From Phoronis australis (lineage: Eukaryota; Animalia; Phoronida), in NCBI GenBank assembly GCA_002633005.1, contig NMRA01000003.1:415672-479671 (forward strand): a stretch of DNA of 64,000 nucleotides. Direction: 5' to 3'. Each line of letters starts with the position of its first letter. Position 1 is the stretch's first letter. Positions 52,001 to 64,000 of the stretch are shown piece by piece. The translations under genes were made by a program, and so were the position numbers. A model generated the notes under the pieces. That model was not told where the DNA came from. It did not search any database and saw only the letters and a program-made list of their open reading frames with translations.

Positions 52001-55000
52001 GAACACTGCTTTGTACCATTTCCTTGGTGGACTAAAAAGAGTATTTATTAGATGCCCAAAATGACAATGAAATGAGTAAATGATGGACCGTTTCAGTACA
52101 AGGCATTTCATTGTGATAAGCAGGAAACCAGAAATAAACGTAAGTATATTACTGAAGAATCCCGTTTGGGATCTCAAAAGGACTGGTGAGTAGTGCTGAG
52201 CAACGGACAAATGGATAGAAATTAAAAAGAAATTGGCTACTGTAATGCCAACAGCAGAGTTCTGATTTTCTTTCATACCTTAACAGTTAAACCTGCAAGA
52301 AGTATTGTACAAGAACTTAATCCTTAACAGTTTCAATTGGCCTCCTAACTGGTTTTCATCCATTTTTGACAAAATTGTTCCTTGGAACATTAGTAAAAGG
52401 CATAACATTGTATCGTGTCTTTTCTTGAAATATAAATCCACCAGGTAGGTGACAGTACGAACTAGGCAGATTACCAAGTTATGCAAACATGTCAGGCTAC
52501 GGGACCATTCACAATGATCACCAACTGCGCTTGGTCACGAGCTTCCGGCTTTCTGGTTTGCGGGGGTACGACATAGGGAAAAGTGGATGTTTTGTACTCT
52601 CATGCAAATTTCAGTAATTTTTTACAGTCCCTGCATTTATTTTCACATCCTATTTTGTAAGTAACGAGAAAAATACTGTGCCAATGAGAAGATATCCTCA
52701 TCAGACAAAACCAATAATTGACTACTGGTGTACAGCCCTACTGTTGAGATTGTGCACTTAAGTGAAATTATTCATATCAATGTCAAAACTTGATACTAGA
52801 GTTTGTCAGCAGACGATTGTGCAAAAGGAAAACTTAGAGACATTTTGTGCACTTAAATTGATACAAAACCCGGTTTTGGTCCATTATCAGATATTGAGAA
52901 CGATTTTCCCATCCAACTCTGAAACTAAGTCATGGTCTGCAACCCTAGACAACCCTCAAAAAATTGGAGCAAAATTTGTAAACTCCTTACAAAGTCTGCA
53001 AAATGGGCAAGCGTGACCTACACATTAGGCGATTTTTAACAACAACTGTAGGGAAGACCACCAACCAAGAGTCATAATATCCAATTTATGACTCATAGAG
53101 CATGAATTTTTACTCGAATTCATCTTTTATCACTCATGTGGGATGCATTAGCAGGTGGCAGAGCAAGGGCTTGACAGAAATCACTATTACAGGGTTAAGT
53201 GTCCTTTTCAGGAAATGACTGGTACAGTAACTCTTTACTTGTTTAGCACACAATATGGCTGACAGATGAAATTCTGCTTTGTCACAATTCTCCACCAAAA
53301 ATTTTAGTCTATTACCAGCAAGGTTTGTGCTATGAAGACATCATAAACCTACATTTAGTAAAATTTCCATTATTTGCAGTAAAATAATCAGTACTAGAAA
53401 AATAGTAAAATGATGATTTTTGCATTTATTTTTGTGTGAAATAGTTGGATAATCACCCTAGGTTGTAATCATACAAACCATAGTGGCTGATCCAAATGCA
53501 TGACCAAAGTCAATGCCCACAGCGCCTCCTGTTTCTGTGTCCAACATAAAGTTACTGAGATGCCGGTCACCGATGCCCAAAATATACTGACAAATACACA
53601 TGACTGAGTAGGTGACAGCGAAGTGGTTACGGACGGTGAAGAATGCTTTGGGTGATGACGTCATTTTGAGAAAGGCTCGTCTGAAAATTGTCAACAATTA
53701 CAATAAATTGCTTCCTTGTAGTAAGCTACACATTGTCAAATGCTCCGAGCCATGAACACCACAGAACAATTTTACTGGGAATTAATGGTGTTTTTGATAA
53801 TCCAGGAATTTCAAAGTTTCTTTTGCAAAATACAGAAGTAAAGAAGAATGCCTGTTTACTCTAACTGCAGAGAAACGACAAATGGATTTTTTCCGACTCT
53901 GCACAACCAGCTGTCTTACAAGTCTAACACGCTCTACACGACGAGCACTCAAGTCACATTGTGAAAGTCAGAAATTTTGGTGCAATGACAGTTCATAGTC
54001 AGCCATTTTATCTGAGAAGGATATTTAGTAGTCATTATGGAGAAGCATTGTTTTGTCTGCTAACTTTTGGTGTGTACAGTAGTAATAACTTTACTAATAA
54101 CTGAAAGCTTTCAAATAATGGGTAGTTATATCAATGAGTAGTGATATCACCGAGTAGCAATATCACCGAGTAGCAACATCACTGAGAATCAATATCACCA
54201 AGCAGCAATATCCCCGAGTAACAATATCCCCAAGTAGAAATATCCCCCAGAAGCAATATCTCCGAGTAGCAATATCCCCGAGTACTAATAACCCAGAGTG
54301 GTAATATCACTTAGTAGCAATATCCTCGAGTAGCAATATCATTGACCTATGCCCTTTGATGTCAGATACCTTTATTTGCTATATATCACTCTTCCTGGCT
54401 TCCTTTATGCACTCACCGAGATAAGTCCCACGCTATCTTACTCTCACAAGACCTCAGAATGCTTGTTACTTGTGTTAGGGTTGCGTCTCTATACAGAAGG
54501 TTGTAGTGTCCATGTTCCTTGACTTTCTTTTTGTAATCACTCATACCAAGTTGCCTGCACCACAACAACGCACACAGTGAAGTTAGAAAAACTAAGTTGC
54601 TACATGCCATAAAACGCTGACATAACAAACGAAATCACACGACTGTTGCTAGAATTGCTAATTTTGTTAATATGTGACATCTTTTAAATGTTAGTTGGCC
54701 AAAAGAGAGGAAAAGATGAAAGGCTTTAACAGTGGCTAGCACTAGACCTATTCGGGTAGAGCCTTACAAGAACAAAAAACAGCCCAAAAACAAAATACAA
54801 CACTGTCAATAGAAGAAAGTAGAATCATCTAGTTTTAATTCTGACTCAAACCTAACCACAAGACAAACACAAACAAAACACTAAGAATCTAAAACTGCCA
54901 TTGAATGTCACTGTTATTGATCACTACCCCTCAACATGGGTTATATAAAACTTATTAAGTGAGCTTGTTACATGACATCAAGTGTATTGTTTTTTCAACA

Positions 55001-58000
55001 ATAGCAGCGTGACGCATGATACTGCAATATCATTGATGCAACCCAGGAAATAACTTTTATGCAACCTGACCCAGTTCTATAGACACAGCTAACAAATGAC
55101 AGAGAATTGAAACCAGTCTGTAATGATATTAGTAATACTGACCAGTCTTGTCGCTCTTCACGAGTCGCCTCTCCATGGAGAATCTCCCTCCACGTCTTGG
55201 TATTGGACACCCATTCTATCATGCCAACCCTGTTAGGTGGGATATATACATATTTAATTAACAACCGGTATGGTGTGTAGACTTAGTGTAAAGATTTTAG
55301 ACATCAACATTAAAATTATAGTCACGCAATTGCAAGTTTGATAGACTCCTGTATATGTCTTAACATGACAAACTCATTCACAGTGGCATGTACGTTCAAA
55401 GGGCCAGTGAAAACAAAAAACAACCTGACAAACACTAAATTCTTAAATTGATTTTAATACATCTAATTATTATTTTACAATATGTTCATTTGCCACTATT
55501 GAATTGTGGGCCTTTAGTAGTATCATGTAATATAAATAGATTTATTACATGGCAAAGTCGTTTTCCCCAGTAATCTAGAGCCCAAGTGGATTTTGGAAAA
55601 TTATCGCCCAAGGGGCATTAGACCCAAGGGCAACAATTCTACAAAATCCATGAGGGCTCTAAATAAGGGGGATAATGACTGAGAACATATAATAATCTAT
55701 TTATACCACATATTGAACGACAAACATTGCAATGAATCAATCTACCTTCCTCAATTCGCCTCGGCTTTTATAACTACTTTCTATGTCAGATGCCTGGGGT
55801 CAGAGGTCGTGAACTTTTAAGAAATGCCAAGTTGTTGAACTGATGATTTTACTTTAAGTCAAATAAAATTGAAAAGCAATAAAAATAAATAAAAATATGT
55901 AAAATAATTTCTAAGCAACTAGTCTAGCTTACTACGCATTTATTCATGCTAAGCTTCCACTGTGAAAATATCGTCTACTAAAGTAGGTTACCAATGGTTA
56001 CTGAGTATAATATCCAAGTCGAAGGATCCCGACGACATGTTACTCGTATTCAAACCAGAGATCGATGGTTTACAAGTGAGAGAAAATGACAGGTAAATTT
56101 TATTAAATGAAAGGTGTCGTTTTTACTGAAATTGTGCGCCTTATTTTTCATAACATATAAATGATGGTACAATGCCGTTTGCTGAACACGCAATTGTTGC
56201 GCGTGTTCATTTAAGTATTCTATTTTCACATTCGATGACGTCAGCTGCTCACTAGTGCCGTGGTAAAGTCAACGACTAGAAACTAGTAAAGCTGGTTCAA
56301 AACCGGCCTCGGTTTCCCGCAAAAATGTTATTCAACGCCGTTAAATAACTAAATGGGTCACTTCACCATTGTATTGGCCATTTCAGGCTAAAAATGTAGT
56401 ATAAATTAATATATTAAGTAGATATCAATCACACATACCACAGGTATCCATTTACAAACTGGTCTTCATGGTACAGGGCAAATGCATCATATCTTAGACA
56501 TATAACGCGTAAATCAAATTTAATTTTCTCCTTCATGTCACTGACTATAGTACACATGTGATTCAAAACATTTAATTTGCAGTTGGACGATTCATTCTTT
56601 CATACTTATGCACAACACAAAATTTACTTGTAACAAAATTGAGAGCATATTAATATGCGGAAAAACTATGTGGCCATGTCAGAGGAGAGCAAGGGGCAGC
56701 CAGGATAAAAACAAAAAATTGTTTAACAGCAACCTTATACATAAAACATCTAACCGTACCGTGGTGTCATAGGAATGACTTGGTAAGTGGCTATCTTCAA
56801 ATTCTTCCGGTGACAAACTGGGTCATGTGAAAAGACATCGTTCATCAAACCAAAGAGTTGCTCAATCCTCTGGTCCTGTCTCAAGTCCTCACCTCCCTTC
56901 ACCATAAACATGTGTTCCCTTTCATCATCGCCACGGATAGTGATACGTTTAGGCTTGCGGATGGATGACAACACCAGCACCTTGACATGTACCAAACAAC
57001 ACAATATCACCTCAAGCTCTACCAAGACAAATGCAGCTTTACACCAAGATCTTGCTGAGATATATGGCATTAAATTTTGCATTGTGTCAGCAAGATTTCA
57101 CTTAATATTTTGCACAAAAATAATTGTGAAAACTGGCAGTTCTATAATTACTTTGCTGCAAATGAGAAAAAAGTCAATGAGATCCGCACAATAAAAACCA
57201 ACCTTACAAACTAAATTTATGATCATAATCCACATTTTGAAGAGTAATTTAACAAATGAAAATCTGTTGGAATTAATTGTGCGCCATGCAGGAGAAGAAC
57301 CGTTGAAATATCTATCAAATTTAACAAAGACGGACATTACAACACTTCGTGATAAGAGTATCATAACATTAATCAGCCAGTCACCTTGTCATCAAAGCCA
57401 GCAATCTTCACATGGTACTCAGGGAGAGGCTTTTCAAATCCACTGTACTGACCTGATTATAAGCAGAAACATCATGATTAATTAACAGTAAACTGTTTGT
57501 TATTGGTGACGTCAAGTATTAAGTTCTACATCATCGTTGTGCAACTATATCATGATAGACAACAAGTTCTAATTATCGTTATCCAAGTATATCAGGACAG
57601 ATAGCAAGTCCAAATTATAGATATGCAACCATATCAGGATTGATAAGAAGTCTGCATTATGGTCATACAACTATATCACGATAGACAACAAGTGCCCATT
57701 CCGGTTATGCAATTATATCAGCATAGATAACAAGTCCACATCACGGTTATGCAGCCAGATCAAGATAGCTAACAAGTCCACATACCAGGAATTTCCAGCA
57801 CTTCTTCATACTTCGTTGGCTGAAAGTCGTGCATCCACATAGAGTACTCTTTAACAGTCTGTGGCATCCTCAGTTTCCCCCTTGTGCTATCATTCATCTC
57901 TTTACACAACTTGTGAAACATCTAAAACATCAAAGAATATAAACTACCCAACGTACTCTCACTGAAGGTAAAACTAAAGCTATTGGATATCGGATAACCA

Positions 58001-61000
58001 GATTGCTTCTACAATGAATTAGTTACGTGAATACCTAAACAGATTCACTTGGTAGTGCAACTAAAGAGAAATGCAAACAAAGGTCACTTAATATAATAAC
58101 TAATTAATTAATAGACTTCTGTGAAACAATATCTACCGTTTTATCCATGGTTTGAAGCTTCTGGCCATCCTGTCCAAACCTTTTGTCAAATTCCCCTTTG
58201 AATCCCTGTAATCAAGAAAACACCTTCAAGCCATACACAACACTAATCAGTTCATGCCTTGAAAATTTCATTTTCTGACACTGTCACAGTTAAACATGGT
58301 GGTAGTTATTCATTCAACAGTTTGAGACGGGAAAGCCTATTGAGTCCATCACTCAGTGTTCCCCATAAAGTGTTCAACAACAGGCTGTCTCATCTAAATT
58401 GTTCTGAAAACATTTTTACTGCTTTAATGTGATCTAGCTTATGTTTGCCAGATAGGGAATGGAGGTTGCCAGCACCATTCTCAGTTCATAGTCGTCACTT
58501 CACTTGAGGTGGACCGCAGCATCAACTCAAGAATTAAAAGAGTCCGAGGCTATAATAATGCAAATACCAACAAACTTTGCATAACATGCTTACCCATACC
58601 ATGAAATCAAACAGTAATCATTATTAATGATTCTACCAGTTAGCAGAACAAGTTGGATTATACATTCCACTCAGAAATAGAAATAAGCTGGTTCGAAGCC
58701 ATGAACAGACTTGAAAAGTCGAAAGAGCATTGTAGATAGGAATAATGCTGAACGTTATTCTTGGAAATACTCAATATTATACAGATTTCTACCGTAAGGT
58801 GGTAAAGCAACATGCTAAGCACCACCTGTAACACAAGAAGCCTATGTTAAACAGCTCCACTTAAGAATAATGTCACATGAAAAGGGTAATGAATACATCC
58901 CTCTGACTTACCTTGGCAAAGTCTTTCCTAAACTTGCCATTGACAACCTGACTATCAAAAAGATCATCGCCCGAGCCTTCTGTCCCCATTAAGCTATTGT
59001 ACAACTGCAGATAATCTCTCTGAAGATCCTTGCCACCCACTTTAGATGTCTTGAAGTGGGTGTTTACCATAGAATTGAACCAATCCTGCAACATTTTGAA
59101 TGAATTGATGTCGACAACAGAACTCACGCAGAAAACTAATACAAACAACAGGAGTCTCGTTCATCCAACCATGATTCTGGTTATGGCTAAAACTTAGTTT
59201 CGTGTTCATCACTACCAGTGATAGCTGTGCATTCGTTTTAGTTTAATGTACATATTGTGTGTGACCAAACTCCAAGCTACAACTGCCACTGTTGATGAAA
59301 TGGGTCGTGGATATTCACACTGTCTAATTCTCAATATATGAATAGCTGCTGTCTACCAGAAACAGATAAGAACTTGGACCAGAGTCACAGGATGCTGTCC
59401 TAAGGGCAACTGGTATCAATGTACCCTGAGACACAAAATGTTTCGCAGTCCAAAGCAGACTTACTACAACTATCTCACATGTTTACCAACACCCAACACC
59501 AGAAACATCCAATGGGGAACTAAATTTGTAATTTCGAAGTGAAATTAGAATGCTTATAACAAAAATAACTTAAAAAGATTTGAAATAAGTTAGTTAAGTG
59601 AGATATTTTTAACTAAATAATAAAAATATCACAACACCAGGCACAATGCAAGAGTAGATTGAAACAAAACCAATACTGCTCCACAGAGATACTGAAAATG
59701 CTTGAGAGTGTATATTATCTAGCTGGAAGAGGGCAGCACTTTACTCACCCAAAACAACAACTCTGGATTACTGAACTGCTCCAATGCTGCGATCAGGTTG
59801 TCAACAAGTGGTATGGCTGACAAAATTGATTGCAGCTTGTCCACAGTGTCTCTGCCCTTGCTCTTTGAGTCAAGCTTGAAATATTCACTGCTGATTTTGA
59901 AAGGATAAACCAGAGCCTACGATAGGAATAAAAAAACAAGAAACGAGACATGGCGCTGGGTTAACATGGATACAAACAGACACAAACAGATTAATGAGTC
60001 GTCAAACTGTATGTATGATATACATCTTAGAATGATGTCATCTCATAATGCTGGACAATGTAGCACCTTTGGGAAAAATGGCATATGTATGTACGAAATG
60101 GGCAAAAACCCAGATACAGGTGGCACCCAGTGTTCAAGTTTGTAACAATTAAATTAGTATAATGCCAATTTCCAACTCATTGGACAGGGTAGTAATTAGA
60201 ATTAAAAATACTCTTTCCACTTTATTTGGTTAAAAATTTCATAAAATGGATGTTAATGCAAGTTAGTTCAGTTGAAACTTATGCCCATATAATGCTGATT
60301 CAACAGAACTTCAAACATTTTCAAAGTAAACTGAATATAAAATGAATTTTTTAGTTTAATTTTTTATTTTTGGTGGTGCACCACCACCTAAAATGGCCAC
60401 CTTAGTGAGTGACAGCATACTCATACATTATGGGTTGTCACTAAAATACTGCCAAACATGACTGAGAATTAAGAAATGGTTAATATGCTTCACTGATATC
60501 TTTTGACTGATTAAACTCATCCTGTGTTCTTAACTGATGTAGAGGAAGACTATCTTTAGGCAAAAAAGTGCTAAATTTAGAAGGAAGGCTTGCATAAATG
60601 TATCGGGTGAGGTGAACAATACTTTTAAGACCAGAGCATGAAACTGCAACATTAGAACAACACAATGGCATTTTGCACTAAGTCGGCACTCGAAGGAAAG
60701 AGATCCATTTTATCAGACAAGTACTATAATATACAACAACCCCACCTGTGGGTAAGCGTGGGCTATGTCCAGCAAGATGTGGTGGACAGCAGGTGACTCT
60801 TTCTTGTCAAGGATGGCCACCATCTGACTCATCCAACTGATGAACATCCAGCAGGGAATCTTGCTCGTCTGCAACAACAAAGTAAGTGGTCATAGTTTGT
60901 CATGGGTAGTGTTCATGAAAGTGTTCATAGTTTGTCATGGGTAGTGTTCATTACATACCAGTTCTATGAACATGTTTTACGGGCAGCATTTATTACATAC

Positions 61001-62400
61001 CACTTTTACGAAAGTGTGAACTTCATAGTTTGCCATGGTAGTTTTCATTACATACCAGTTCTATGAACGTGTTCATAGTCTGTTTTGGATAGTATTCGAC
61101 AAGCTGCAGTAAACGAGGGAACCTCTGTCGAGCCTGTAATGAGCCCAACTCCATGGCACGAAGTAGTGACATCGTGATAGCAAAAGGGAAAGTGTCAAAG
61201 GATGGGCTAGATATGGGGAAGTCTTTGTCATTGTCTGGAAAGAGAGAAACATTGAACTTTAAAATCATGAAACTGATGATAAAATTCGCTTTTCTGTTCA
61301 AAACCAATATGAAGTATTCAATCAGGTAAAATCCCACCCACACACCCATGTTTCACTCTTAAGCACCCCTGTTTGGTTTTACACCTAGCTATGTTTTATA
61401 CAGTCAGTTCTGTAAGTTTCTTCAAACTGCTAATGATGTCATGAATTTCAACTGGTAAAACACAGGCATTTAGTTTGCTTGTGATTACCAATATCTATAA
61501 TCTGCAGATGTTTAATTCAACTGCTGCATACAAACTGAATGACATAATGCGACTCCAGATTCGGACATTCTATTAAAGTAACCCCACCCTCGAATTCTCG
61601 AAAAAATAATATTTAATAAACATCCACCTCCTGATATTTGAGTTTCTTAACATCAGGGACATGAACTTTAACCAGGAAGACTACGGCATGCCTTCAGATA
61701 CGTTTGTCATTTGTGCAGTTGTTGATACTTCATCAGAGACTGCATTGCACATAAGTTGTTGCAGACAAGACATAGTCTCAAACCTCCTTCTAACAACTCA
61801 TTTGAGACCTGTTCTCTTATTCAAATGGATAGAAAGATTCTCTAATTTTCCTTTGGAAAGTATCATCCTGATGTTACTACAAATAAGCTATTACTTTGGT
61901 GAGCAGTGACGACTCTCTGGGATGGAGTAACATATCTGCAATAACAGGCGCTGCAGCTAACGGAAATAATGTGACGGACTGGAAAAATGTTGCTATAACT
62001 GACAGACAAGAGATTGCAAACAGAGTTCTACAATGAACCATGGCAAAATTATGGAATCCATCTGGATTACACAGCAAACGTCTTCAATAAACCGTAATGA
62101 TGGAGGCTACAAGTTTAGCCCTACCTACAGCTATATGGTGTGGAATGCCATCTGTTGGGCACTGACGTAGGCATCAGCAAACCTTTGCATGGAACCCTTG
62201 TGGACAGTAGACATATCCACGATATCAGCCAACTTACCTTCTTTCAGCTTCAAGAAGTGGTCACAGTAAGTAACTAAGGTCATGTAAGACTTCACAAGTC
62301 CTTCAGTATCATGGGAAACACCGGAATCGTGTTCCTCAGTTGCCATGGATACAGCCTCATTGATATAGCTGAATCCATTTTCAATCAAACCGGAGACAAC
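48887..62400 (-). CDS. PRKDC: DNA-dependent protein kinase catalytic subunit, 3' 15 coding exons (FAT end, FRB-like, PIKK kinase, FATC); 5' part lies beyond the window
   Basis: Exons in transcription order: 62400-62238, 61234-61056, 60868-60746, 59916-59749, 59085-58912, 58205-58137, 57921-57786, 57452-57385, 56980-56760, 55229-55143, 54554-54417, 53680-53479, 51713-51525, 50186-50068, 49097-48887. All introns are GT-AG and phase-consistent; 2247 nt. DNA-PKcs-specific motifs: [71 protein letters not shown]. Confidence 0.97.
49595..50001. mobile_element. Cluster of three tRNA-derived SINE fragments in the last PRKDC intron
   Basis: Minus copy 49595-49690 with A-box TAGCTCCGTAG and B-box GGTTTGATTCCC; the shared TTCCTGATTT..TGTTTATT body recurs at 49823-49877 (-) and 49949-50001 (+). 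Confidence 0.6.
50068..50186 (-). CDS. PRKDC: PRKDC exon (ALASRLKQ...[14 protein letters not shown])
   Basis: gtag| acceptor, AG|gtcagt donor; KL.G.NPA motif. Confidence 0.92.
51525..51713 (-). CDS. PRKDC: PRKDC exon ([15 protein letters not shown]...[13 protein letters not shown])
   Basis: tcag| acceptor, CTG|gtgcgt donor; PE..PFR.T motif. Confidence 0.95.
53479..53680 (-). CDS. PRKDC: PRKDC exon, catalytic and activation loops (RAFLKM...[10 protein letters not shown]...[12 protein letters not shown])
   Basis: tcag| acceptor, ATG|gtttgt donor; DRH and DFG motifs. Confidence 0.96.
54120..54342. repeat. 16-bp minisatellite, about 14 copies
   Basis: Unit GAGTAGCAATATCACC. Confidence 0.93.
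54417..54554 (-). CDS. PRKDC: PRKDC exon ([10 protein letters not shown]...ESKIAWDLS)
   Basis: gcag| acceptor, CG|gtgagt donor; phase 2-2. Confidence 0.88.
55143..55229 (-). CDS. PRKDC: PRKDC exon, kinase hinge ([10 protein letters not shown]...ERQD)
   Basis: acag| acceptor, TG|gtcagt donor. Confidence 0.92.
55525..56406. mobile_element. Non-autonomous element with terminal 187-bp hairpin and direct/inverted terminal motifs
   Basis: Palindrome 55525-55711; motif ATGT(A/G)(A/G)TATAAAT at 55525 (+), 55699 (inverted) and 56394 (+). Confidence 0.55.
56760..56980 (-). CDS. PRKDC: PRKDC exon, kinase N-lobe ([12 protein letters not shown]...[17 protein letters not shown]...VIPMTP)
   Basis: caag| acceptor, CG|gtacgg donor; catalytic Lys motif. 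Confidence 0.95.
57385..57452 (-). CDS. PRKDC: PRKDC exon ([23 protein letters not shown])
   Basis: tcag| acceptor, AAG|gtgact donor. Confidence 0.94.
57515..57783. repeat. Degenerate 42-bp minisatellite, about 6 copies
   Basis: Recurring AAGTCCACAT..GGTTATGCAACTATATCA.GATAGACAAC. Confidence 0.85.
57786..57921 (-). CDS. PRKDC: PRKDC exon (MFHKLCKEM...[10 protein letters not shown]...LEIP)
   Basis: ttag| acceptor, G|gtatgt donor. Confidence 0.92.
58137..58205 (-). CDS. PRKDC: PRKDC exon ([23 protein letters not shown])
   Basis: acag| acceptor, |gtagat donor; EFDK.FG..G.KL motif. Confidence 0.88.
58912..59085 (-). CDS. PRKDC: PRKDC exon, FRB-like region (DWFNSMV...GKFRKDFAK)
   Basis: gcag| acceptor, AAG|gtaagt donor; 58 codons. 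Confidence 0.9.
59749..59916 (-). CDS. PRKDC: PRKDC exon ([11 protein letters not shown]...[13 protein letters not shown])
   Basis: gtag| acceptor, |gtgagt donor; 56 codons. Confidence 0.93.
60746..60868 (-). CDS. PRKDC: PRKDC exon ([22 protein letters not shown]...AYPQ)
   Basis: gcag| acceptor, CAG|gtgggg donor; 41 codons. Confidence 0.94.
60889..61080. repeat. Local duplications of a PRKDC exon end and splice donor
   Basis: TTCATTACATACCAGTTCTATGAAC at 60947-60971 and 61044-61068; TCATAGTTTG.CATGG repeated 3 times. Confidence 0.85.
61056..61234 (-). CDS. PRKDC: PRKDC exon (...[26 protein letters not shown]...IEL)
   Basis: ccag| acceptor, CTG|gtatgt donor; FPRLLQ motif. Confidence 0.93.
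62238..62400 (-). CDS. PRKDC: PRKDC exon ([17 protein letters not shown]...[16 protein letters not shown])
   Basis: ccag| acceptor, G|gtaagt donor; resembles the FAT segment ..AYMTL..FCD.. Confidence 0.88.
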
Positions 62401-64000
62401 CTGGAAAACATGCAAGAAAGAGTTTTATCGTGATAACAACTTCACTCAAAAATGCTTTGGACGAATCAAATGCCATGAGACTAGCATTTACAGACCTGGC
62501 TACAGCAAGATTAGCTCAGCAGAGGTGCTTTACCCCAGCCAAGCAGCCAGTCAAGCCCATTCATATAAAGACATGACCAATATAATTGAGCTTGTAAATC
62601 TTTGTTAGAAAGTAGTGCGTTGTAATTATTTCTACAGCATAAGGTTTATTGCAATAGAAACACAAAGGGTTTAATTCACTGTCTGCAGGTGATGGGGGTG
62701 AGTGGGGTGTAATTATGCAACTCATGAAAATATATTATTAAATATTTTTTAATTACTACTGAGGACTAAGACCACAGTACTAGTGGCTGATTTTGACGTC
62801 ATCAATCAAAGCCCTTGTTTGCACAGCTGTCTTGGACACCTGAAAAACAGGCATAACTGACAGAAAGTACATTCTATGGAGTTTCTCAAAAAATGAAGAA
62901 AGTCAACAAAGTCTTGTCTTTTTACCTTGCCACATCTACCGTAAAAAAAAATTTGAGATGCCAAAAATTTCCAATAAAAAATTTTGATTTTGACCATATT
63001 TTACTTAAAATCACAAATTCATGACTACTGGTGCAAGAAGAGACCATCAAGTTAACATATATCATTACCAACCAGATTTTTGACAATTTTCACTTGTCTG
63101 AAAGGTACCAGGATTCGCGCCAAGAATTCAAGACTCAACAAGGATGTGCTTTCAAAACCACGACACTTCCGTATCCTAGTAGACAAGAGCACAGCCCAAA
63201 TTTCTGGACTCGGTTTACTCAAAACAACTTCAGGGAAGTACTGAATACCATTTGAGGCAATCTCTTCCCATCCAGTCCACAAAGCTGCCATCAAACCCTA
63301 CTCACCCCATTTTATTCATTTTTAGGGGAAGCTACACAGGCCTCTACTGTGACCGTGGACTTAGTGGTCTCTGTCCATATGAAAAAGATCATTTGCGGTA
63401 AAACAGTAAAATTTCTTCGCTTTGTGTACATTTCAAAAGAATTCAAGTTTGAATGAAAGTTGCTGGAAATCATAGATTCAGGCAAAAATGATTACTTAAA
63501 CTTACAAACAGTGGTCAGCGAAAATGCAAAGTAACTGATAAGCAGAAGCTGGGAATTGAAATTAAAAGCTCACTCATCAACACGCTTGGCAAGCTTAAAT
63601 AGCCTTATTGTTACAGCTGAGATACTGGCAGATAAGGATGAAAACACTCAGAACAAGAGCAACGCGGAGCGTTGAAATGCGCCCACAATTGCACCGCATA
63701 CGGTATCCTTCTAGGGTTGTTTATTGGTACCATAAAGTGGCCAGTAGAGGGCATACTTTGCAAAATGGAAAGGCATGGTCATTGTCTCCTCAATAGCCGC
63801 GGCTAGGGGCAAAATGTGAGTAATCTTCATAATACAAGCACATCCTATACACCAGTTGCTTAAAGCACCACAGAAACATAGAATTAAAAACAAATTTACC
63901 AACATACGAGATTAGCACAGCATTAGAATGCCAGAAACAAATTTCTACTTGGAACTTTTCCTTCACAGTCACGAAGTAACACAAAGTATACACCTGAAGA

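Noticed and set aside
63052-63294. 80-aa minus-strand ORF as a further PRKDC exon
   Set aside because: No similarity to the expected FAT segment and no convincing splice sites; the next exon probably lies at or beyond the window edge (possible donor at 63993)

Overview
AT-rich, intron-rich animal genomic DNA. The repeat landscape suggests a marine invertebrate, probably a lophotrochozoan (inference). Two spliced genes converge tail to tail. (1) On the + strand is an R7-family regulator of G-protein signalling (DEP-DHEX-GGL-RGS). I assembled 14 phase-consistent GT-AG exons at 27577-45838, about 541 aa from the first visible Met, and an upstream coding exon was not found. The putative last exon ends in an RGS9-2/GPR158-like (V)xPWE motif. 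(2) On the - strand are the last 15 coding exons of DNA-PKcs (PRKDC), 62400 down to the stop at 48887 (748 aa: end of FAT, FRB-like region, kinase, FATC); the gene continues beyond the right edge. Positions 1-27.5 kb and the introns hold non-autonomous DNA transposons/MITEs, tRNA-derived SINE remnants, Helentron-like repeats, a decayed THAP ORF and many unrelated minisatellites. I found no CRISPR array or other prokaryotic-type system, and no clearly new biological system. The best leads are the RGS alternative C-termini, S/T-Q site changes in DNA-PKcs and several unusual repeat architectures. All exon coordinates were read by hand; no database search was run.
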